Positions 58,358-64,000 of a stretch of 64,000 bases of DNA are shown here, piece by piece. How positions within the stretch are numbered: the stretch's first letter is position 1; each line of letters starts with the position of its first letter. A program made the translations under genes and the position numbers. This stretch comes from a virus. The DNA is taken from IMG/VR virus record IMGVR_UViG_3300039208_000624; one strand, written 5' to 3'. A model generated the notes under the pieces. That model did no database searches. It saw only the letters and a list, made by a program, of their open reading frames with translations, and had not been told where the DNA came from.

Positions 58358-58933
58358 CTATCCTCTGCCGAAATGAGACTGATTGATTCGTACCTTGGCG
58401 TGCCCCGGAGAAAGTACAAAAACTCTATCTGCCGGATTATTAACAAATACACGTTGTTTGGAAATTGGATCTATTTTTTCTCTTGAAGATCCCAATCCTT
58501 GGTATGTTAAAAGTCTCGGATTCGAAGTGACAGGAGTCAAGAAAGTACCAATTCTTAATCTGCCAAAAGCCGTAGAGTTTGTAATAGTCCCGCTCGGCCC
58601 TACATAAGCTTTGTCGCCTTGCTTAATAGTGCCCACTTCATGAATCCAGTCAGTAACAACTTCTCCGTCAGTTATGACACCAACAATCGCAAGAGGTTCG
58701 TCGGTTCTTCTGTACCTCTTGGGATAAGGCTCACGATCATGTTCGATAAACTCAATATCATTGTATTGAATACCAATAGGAAAAGACCCACTGGGATTTG
58801 CCAGATACCTAAGTGCTTGAATTCCAGATACAGTGGTATAAGACAGAACGCCCCCTCGTTCGGAGGTGTCAATCCCAATAGAGTCAACATTGACCCCAAA
58901 AACCTGTCCTGCTGTACCGAGCCTTAAAGACAT
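58358..58933 (-). CDS. Capsid decoration/cement-like protein, paralogue of 62883..63347
   Basis: ERGGVLS...P.GI..NDIE...VGVITDGEVVTDW...GDKAYVGPSG.IT...RIG.FL aligns with the 154-aa protein. Confidence 0.65.
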   Translation of the reverse strand: MSLRLGTAGQVFGVNVDSIGIDTSERGGVLSYTTVSGIQALRYLANPSGSFPIGIQYNDIEFIEHDREPYPKRYRRTDEPLAIVGVITDGEVVTDWIHEVGTIKQGDKAYVGPSGTITNSTAFGRLRIGTFLTPVTSNPRLLTYQGLGSSREKIDPISKQRVFVNNPADRVFVLSPGHAKVRINQSHFGRG

Positions 58934-59289
58934 TAGAGATGCATCCTTTTGCTCGCTTCAACAATCGCTTTCTTGATAGCAAGCACCTTAGCCCTTCGAT
59001 TCTTAAAAGGACCCTCAATATCTATCTCTTTGATAAGCCTGTCGAGAACAACTTCGGGAGTGATCTTTCCAAGCTCTTTATAAGTAAAAGCAATCATACT
59101 AAAGGGCTTTTCAAACAAAAGCTTGAGATATGCCTCCCTATACGTAGCCTCTTTTAAACAAGTTCTACGATTCATCTTGTAAGTGTGCATATCAACATCT
59201 GTGGGCGGCATACCTGTATGACTACCGTGAATCTTGTAGGAACCTATATACAAAATCCCGTTTGGTTCTTTATAGTGAACTAATACCAC
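58933..59289 (-). CDS. Hypothetical protein (118 aa)
   Basis: Operon-coupled basic ORF. Confidence 0.55.
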   Translation of the reverse strand: MVLVHYKEPNGILYIGSYKIHGSHTGMPPTDVDMHTYKMNRRTCLKEATYREAYLKLLFEKPFSMIAFTYKELGKITPEVVLDRLIKEIDIEGPFKNRRAKVLAIKKAIVEASKRMHL

Positions 59290-59429
59290 TTACGTAATTC
59301 TTTCTTTGTCCTCTGACGTTCCCGAGACTTGTACGTCTTTCGATTTTTCTTCCTGGCTCCCCAATCAGGGGAGTTGCAGCAATAACAGTATGGTCCACGA
59401 TTATCCAACTTGAGTCCATATGGCCTCAT
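59280..59429 (-). CDS. Small basic protein (49 aa) with CxCC motif
   Basis: Not in the ORF track. MRPYGLKLDNRGPYCYCCNSPDWGARKKNRKTYKSRERQRTKKELRKWY; TAATG-coupled to the upstream gene and fills the gap. Confidence 0.6.
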   Translation of the reverse strand: MRPYGLKLDNRGPYCYCCNSPDWGARKKNRKTYKSRERQRTKKELRKWY

Positions 59430-60307
59430 TACCACACCATCTTTCCGAAGTTACCACTGTTCCGGCTCAGGAATGCCTTAATGGCTTCATCTAACTCTTG
59501 CTTACGCATCTCAGCATCAAACTTAGCGAGATTAACACGAGCATTCAGACGACCGCCCTGAATGGTAACATTCACATTATCTGCATTTGTTACGCTGATT
59601 CCATCTCGCGAAGCTGCTTGTGCAAGAGAAGCAAATGGTCCGCTACCAACAGACGCACCGAGTCTCTTAAGTGCTGAAATCTCACTTGATACGATGATAT
59701 ATTCCATCTGCAAGATCACAAGGTCGCAAACCTCGTCATTGTTTGGCGTCAACGTACCAGCCTCGATATCAACAACAATAGGAGTGACGCGGATTCTTCT
59801 GCCACCGAACTGACCTTCAATCCCCGTTGGTCCTCGGAATGCTACCGCCGTGCCGAGCTTTTGATTGAGTCTCCGAGTTGCCTTTGTCAGTGCTCTCGAC
59901 AAAAATCCATCATCGAACACGATGCCGTCTGGATCTCCCAGATCGATCCGGACTGCCTCATAAATTGACCCTGTTTTATCAGAGCCAGGCACAAATCCTA
60001 TCTTTACATTTACATCTTGTACACAGAATTGTTCAGTAGCCTGCAAATGAGTCATCGCCGCCGTGATGATGTCCCATTCTACTCGCCAGTTGCCAATCTC
60101 GAACCCTGCCGGAATAACTCCTGTTCCTGTATACTTACCAAGAGAAGGATTTGCCGCCACGCCGCTGGCCGCCTGCATGCCTGCGGCATCAACCAGCTTA
60201 AATCCAACGAAGTGTCCGCTAACGGAGGCAGAATTCGCATCTGTCAAAAAGATGTCCAATTGAGCTGCGTTCGAGCCCACAAGAAGTGTTTTAGTTTCGC
60301 CGGACAT
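59429..60307 (-). CDS. Putative head-tail adaptor (neck) protein with N-terminal beta domain (292 aa)
   Basis: AVRIDLGDPDG..FDDGFLSRAL (adaptor-like helical start) preceded by an Ig-like N-terminal part; downstream of the capsid gene. Confidence 0.55.
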   Translation of the reverse strand: MSGETKTLLVGSNAAQLDIFLTDANSASVSGHFVGFKLVDAAGMQAASGVAANPSLGKYTGTGVIPAGFEIGNWRVEWDIITAAMTHLQATEQFCVQDVNVKIGFVPGSDKTGSIYEAVRIDLGDPDGIVFDDGFLSRALTKATRRLNQKLGTAVAFRGPTGIEGQFGGRRIRVTPIVVDIEAGTLTPNNDEVCDLVILQMEYIIVSSEISALKRLGASVGSGPFASLAQAASRDGISVTNADNVNVTIQGGRLNARVNLAKFDAEMRKQELDEAIKAFLSRNSGNFGKMVW

Positions 60308-60816
60308 TATTCATCCCTATCCTTAATAAGGAAATCTACCTTAGTAGATAATTCTGCCACTTCCCTTAAAAGGTCATCTAAATGAGGTTTTACGTAGGTT
60401 ACATGATCAGCTCTTGTCCATTTATCTTTCTGAAGAATAATCACTTTGTTGGAAATATCGTTTAATTGCTTCTCAATTGCTTCAACGTTTTCTACTACTC
60501 CAGCGTGCCCCTTTTCCGCACGATGATCATTGAAATTGCCTTCTATTCTATCAATTCTCTCGCTATGATTATCCTGAGTCTGTAATGGCCCCCACGCCGC
60601 CGCTCCGATCAAAAGTGCGGCAACTGTAACCATAGTAGCAGCTAACATATATTGAGGTTTTTGACTCGCATCAATTTTACGTCCAAAAACTTCAATAGTC
60701 TGTTCCAGTCGGTCCATCACTCCTTCAAGACGACCAAGTCTCTCAAATAGTTCCGGACGATTATCTCTATCCGTCATAAACCGACCTTTCGCATCTCTTC
60801 GCTGCAACTCGCCCAC
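60307..60816 (-). CDS. Single-TM coiled-coil membrane protein (169 aa)
   Basis: Coiled coil, TM segment YMLAATMVTVAALLIGAAAW, then a second coiled coil; GTG start. Confidence 0.6.
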   Translation of the reverse strand: MGELQRRDAKGRFMTDRDNRPELFERLGRLEGVMDRLEQTIEVFGRKIDASQKPQYMLAATMVTVAALLIGAAAWGPLQTQDNHSERIDRIEGNFNDHRAEKGHAGVVENVEAIEKQLNDISNKVIILQKDKWTRADHVTYVKPHLDDLLREVAELSTKVDFLIKDRDE

Positions 60817-60824
60817 TTAATTAC

Positions 60825-60843
60825 CCGTATGAAAGTACACTAA
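60825..60843 (-). promoter_or_regulatory. TTAGTGTA-N8-CGG motif (candidate late promoter)
   Basis: TTAGTGTA CTTTCATA CGG; the TAG is the stop of the HNH gene. Confidence 0.65.
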
Positions 60844-61733
60844 TCATCGTCCTTACCAAGACATTGGTGAATGGCCTTATGAAGGTCCTCTCGAATCACT
60901 ATAACATTTGACTCGTCCCAAAAAGGTGCAAAGACCTCGATTTGATTATATAAATACTGACGCTTGCTTTCGTCTTCCCAATCCAAGTCTGGATTAGCAT
61001 CCAAAAAATCGCCAATCAATTTAGAAAAGAATATCTTATGATGAACGTTCAACCTACCTCCCCTGTCACCACTAACTTCACATGTGTAATCTCGGCTTTT
61101 CAAAATATCATCACGAAACTGAACATAGATAGAAGAATTACGAATTAGCTTGTTAAGATTTACTCGACCGCCTTTCCACTGATGGTTATTAGATCCATGC
61201 ATATCACGAATAGGAACATTAAAATCATGCAAAATCTTCGTAATAGTGGTTTTATGAACTTCGTAATCTTTAGCTATATCAGAAGATGATTCGCCCTCTT
61301 TGTATCTTTTGACTATATCGAGATAATCGCGACCGACAATCTTAGAATTAAACTTTCTACAAGAATCCGCTTGTGACAACATAATCCCATTACCATGTTT
61401 CTTCAAACGTTCCCACACTGAAACATGATTCATATTTAATTCTTTTGCTATCTGCGATGTAGACATTCCGTCTTTATACATGTCTACCATCTTCTTAACA
61501 GAATGCTTTTCTTTTCCACCAACTTTTTTTGGCTCTATACCATTAGCCCGCAAGCACTTGTACACCATATAATTAGTGATACCAAGTTTCTCGGCTATCC
61601 ACCCACCATTACCCTTCTGTCTATAGAGTCCAATAACTTGCTCCGCCAGCTCTTCTGGAGTGCTCCAAACTACTTTAATAGAATTTTCAGGATCTTCGAG
61701 ACGCTTCGCTAATGATTCAAAATCTGTAGACAT
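60840..61733 (-). mobile_element. Free-standing HNH homing endonuclease with three tandem HTH repeats
   Basis: Three Y..G.S...IA....V...L...G HTH units, GSNNHQWKGG, C-terminal YTCEVSG...LNVHHK...SNVIVIREDLHKAIH; AT-rich; inserted right after the capsid gene. Confidence 0.85.
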
Positions 61734-61770
61734 AAAAAACTCCTTGATGAAAATTTATCCATCAAGGAGT
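61734..61770 (-). terminator. Terminator hairpin after the capsid gene that contains the RBS of the HNH gene
   Basis: ACTCCTTGATG-(10 nt)-CATCAAGGAGT followed by TTTTT and then ATG; AAGGAG lies in the 3' arm. Confidence 0.85.
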
Positions 61771-61797
61771 AAACTAACTGTTAGAATTCACTAACAA

Positions 61798-61822
61798 GAG
61801 TTTTAGAATTATCCTAAAACTC
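61798..61822. repeat. 9-bp inverted repeat spanning the capsid stop codon
   Basis: GAGTTTTAG-GATAATT-CTAAAACTC on the minus strand; the first arm is the last 9 nt of the capsid CDS. Confidence 0.7.
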
Positions 61823-62872
61823 CCCGAGCAAAACTCTCCGCGGGTCGAGAACGGCAAAACCATGCTCCATCCATCCGTAGATGCCAGCTCTCTGCTGACG
61901 ATACAGAGCCGGATCTTCGTACGTCTCCAGTTCCTTACGAATCGGCATCACGAACGAGTCCATAGTGGACAAGTCAAGACCGATGCAGAACTCCTGAAGA
62001 GCAACCGAAGAAACGGTCTGGTGAGCACGACCAAGAGTATTGACAACGTAGTTCTCGTACTCCTGACCCTGGCCAAACTCGGTCATCTCGTGAAGGACCA
62101 CTCCGTAAATCGAAGCAAGTCCGTACTCGCGAGATACGAAGATCTCACGACGAGTGAACTCGTCAATCTCGTCAGTGTCCCATGCACGAATGTGCTCCAT
62201 GGCTTCGAGCGACAGATAAACGTCAGTCAAACGTCCACTGTTGCCGTTGCCGCCAGCACCACGAACCATTGCCGTACGCATACGACTAATGAGTTCCTTC
62301 GTGAACTGTCCGCCGCCAGGAACCGGAGTCAACGGGGCAGTACCAGTGACAGTGTTGCCCGTAAACGGAGCACCACCACCAGTGGTTACGACCAGTCCGC
62401 GACCGTCAGCGGCAGCGAGAAGAGTACGCCATCCGTCCTGGTTGATCTTACGAACAAAGCCTGCCTCATAGACGCGAATAGCACGCATGATGACGTCGAA
62501 ACGAGCCTCTTCGGCATACCGAATGTCCCAGTCGATGCTATTAGCAACACGGAACGTAGGCACCCAAAGCTCGTCGCCTTCCACGTGACGCTCAGGGACG
62601 CGACCCTGCTTCGGCATCGTGAAGGCGTTGAAGTTGTCCTCTTCACCTGGCTTCACAAAGTCCAACGGATAGTTGGCCTGAGCACCGGGAGCAAGAACCT
62701 GCTTCTCGTAGATGTCACCAAGGTTGTCGCGATCGAATACGCCCTGACGCAGAGGCGACTGAAGTTCAGCCGCGAATGCTCTTTGAGCAGCATCACGAAC
62801 ACCGGAATCTGGATTCGCAGTAGCACGAAGAGCTGCTTGCGACTTGTTGCTGTAACGCTTAAGCATTTTCAA
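61814..62872 (-). CDS. Major capsid protein (HK97-like fold)
   Basis: 352 aa with capsid-like codon bias and strong RBS; E-loop/P-domain-like PERHVEGDELWVPTFRVANSIDW, C-terminal QRAGIYGWMEHGFAVLDPRRV; follows the scaffold and decoration genes. Confidence 0.85.
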   Translation of the reverse strand: MKMLKRYSNKSQAALRATANPDSGVRDAAQRAFAAELQSPLRQGVFDRDNLGDIYEKQVLAPGAQANYPLDFVKPGEEDNFNAFTMPKQGRVPERHVEGDELWVPTFRVANSIDWDIRYAEEARFDVIMRAIRVYEAGFVRKINQDGWRTLLAAADGRGLVVTTGGGAPFTGNTVTGTAPLTPVPGGGQFTKELISRMRTAMVRGAGGNGNSGRLTDVYLSLEAMEHIRAWDTDEIDEFTRREIFVSREYGLASIYGVVLHEMTEFGQGQEYENYVVNTLGRAHQTVSSVALQEFCIGLDLSTMDSFVMPIRKELETYEDPALYRQQRAGIYGWMEHGFAVLDPRRVLLGEF

Positions 62873-62882
62873 CTCTCCTTAG

Positions 62883-63347
62883 TTAGATTTCAACGCGAAT
62901 CTTCAAGAAACCGTTACTGTCCACAGCGGACAGTGCCCTTCCAATCTGAACTCGGTTACCACCAACATTCAGGTTACTCACCTTACCATCGTCGGCGAGA
63001 TACAGAAGCTCACCAGGACTGTAAGTAAGAGAACCAAAGTTAGTGATCGAGGTCTCGACGAAGTCAGTGAAGAACTCACCTTCCGTCACGACACCTACGA
63101 CCGAACCCAGCGGAACCACATTACGCTGACGAAATTCCGGGTTACGGAAGTAGTTGATGTTCTCAACATCGTCAAGCAGAAGTCCGGCAGGATTTGCTAC
63201 CTGACCCGATACCGCTGTCGAATCGGCGTATGCACACAGGCCATTAACGCCCGGAACGAAGCTGAGAATTCCGCCACGCTCTGCAACACCCGAAACAGTG
63301 CAGTTGATATCGGTCTGGAAAACCTGCCTGCTTTGACTAAGAGCCAT
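62883..63347 (-). CDS. Capsid decoration/cement protein (154 aa)
   Basis: Between scaffold and MCP; AERGGILS...GVVTEGEFFTD...PGELLYL.DDGKV...IGRALS.VD.NGF.KI.V pattern of cement/decoration proteins. Confidence 0.75.
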   Translation of the reverse strand: MALSQSRQVFQTDINCTVSGVAERGGILSFVPGVNGLCAYADSTAVSGQVANPAGLLLDDVENINYFRNPEFRQRNVVPLGSVVGVVTEGEFFTDFVETSITNFGSLTYSPGELLYLADDGKVSNLNVGGNRVQIGRALSAVDSNGFLKIRVEI

Positions 63348-63358
63348 GATATGTCTCC

Positions 63359-64000
63359 TTAATTCTTAGCCACAGGATCAAAGTTCAGGCCAGACTCATC
63401 GGCTTCGCTCTGATCTTCGTCCTCTTCGCCATATCCCGTAAGATCGGCCGCGAGAGAACGGAAGCCAAAGACGTCATCGTCAGACTGACCATCCACACCA
63501 TTATCGCTCATATTTGCACCAGCGGGATTGATGCCACCCTGTGCAATTGCCTGAGCAAGCACACCGTTGGGATCAGCCTCGGCGGAACCAGCGATCTTGT
63601 GGCGAGGAGTGCTGAGGCCGGGAGCACCAGGAGTGACTCCAGACTTCATATTCTCGCCACCAGGATGGTTGACGAGATGAGTCGAGCTACGAGAGCCGTA
63701 CTCGTCTCCGCCACCACCTTCCATTCGGGCACGGATTGCCTTCTGAACCAAGGAAAGTCCTTCGTCCTCAGACGCCTTGCCCTTCTTCCCGAAAGGATTC
63801 TTCTTACCCTTCATCTTCTCATCCTCTTCACCCTTCATGTCATCACCCTTAGCAGCCTGCGTAAGAGCCAACGAGAAAAGAGCCTTCTCTTGAGACCAAG
63901 ACACGTACTCGTCTTCGCCTAATTCAGAAGCCGTAGCGATAAGAGCTTCGACTTCAGTCTCAGTCATGAGACCTTCGAAAAGTCCACGCACTTCGGAAGC
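63359..64000 (-). CDS. C-terminal part of a prohead protease/scaffold protein (runs off the right edge)
   Basis: Frame is open to 64000 (ASEVRGLF...); acidic, low-complexity scaffold-like sequence immediately upstream of the decoration and MCP genes. Confidence 0.65.
   Translation of the reverse strand, partial: ASEVRGLFEGLMTETEVEALIATASELGEDEYVSWSQEKALFSLALTQAAKGDDMKGEEDEKMKGKKNPFGKKGKASEDEGLSLVQKAIRARMEGGGGDEYGSRSSTHLVNHPGGENMKSGVTPGAPGLSTPRHKIAGSAEADPNGVLAQAIAQGGINPAGANMSDNGVDGQSDDDVFGFRSLAADLTGYGEEDEDQSEADESGLNFDPVAKN

Noticed and set aside
31749-60842. TAG-TGT-A context as a stop-codon read-through or recoding signal
   Set aside because: Reading through gives short, unrelated extensions that do not join the downstream genes in frame, and two motif copies are not at stop codons. 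Long genes are intact under code 11, so there is no sign of TAG reassignment.
61787-61794. TTAGTGAA (also TTAGTACA at 57564-57571) as further promoter copies
   Set aside because: One or two mismatches and no CGG at +9; not counted, though they could be weak variants.
61862-63028. 388-aa plus-strand ORF
   Set aside because: Antisense shadow of the codon-biased capsid and decoration genes; no RBS and no recognisable motifs.
1-64000. tRNA, rRNA, CRISPR array, integrase or IS element
   Set aside because: Intergenic gaps are all under ~300 nt and are explained by small ORFs, hairpins or motifs; no cloverleaf, repeat-spacer array, recombinase or terminal inverted repeats were seen.

Overview
This 64 kb window is a segment of a large (jumbo/huge-phage-like) tailed bacteriophage genome. 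It uses the standard genetic code, and every credible gene is on the minus strand. In transcription order (right to left) there are three modules. (1) Head and tail module, ~64,000-31,034: scaffold/protease C-terminus, capsid decoration protein, HK97-type major capsid protein, neck proteins, a putative tail tube, two paralogous putative tail chaperones, a 1698-aa tape measure, distal tail proteins, a 1619-aa 4xLamG/Gly-repeat/PKD adhesin and hub-like proteins. It is interrupted by two intact free-standing homing endonucleases and one decayed one. (2) Bacterial-type replication/recombination module, ~30,895-18,755: RecA, DnaB, DnaG, a PD-(D/E)XK nuclease, ClpP, DnaE with an HNH-containing intein, and SSB. 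(3) Glycosylation island, ~18,755-332: about 11 glycosyltransferase-like genes, two SAM methyltransferases, a nucleotidyltransferase, a HAD phosphatase, an IMPDH/GMP-reductase enzyme, a stand-alone GGQ release-factor domain and small secreted proteins. The most notable observations are an S-G-[V/I/L/F] motif over-represented in tail/neck proteins (a candidate glycosylation sequon for the phage's own GTs), a bipartite TTAGTGTA-N8-CGG motif at six gene junctions in the structural module (a candidate late promoter), and an HNH gene whose ribosome-binding site is buried in the capsid-gene terminator. No tRNA, rRNA or CRISPR array was seen. All product calls come from motif recognition by eye, not from database searches.
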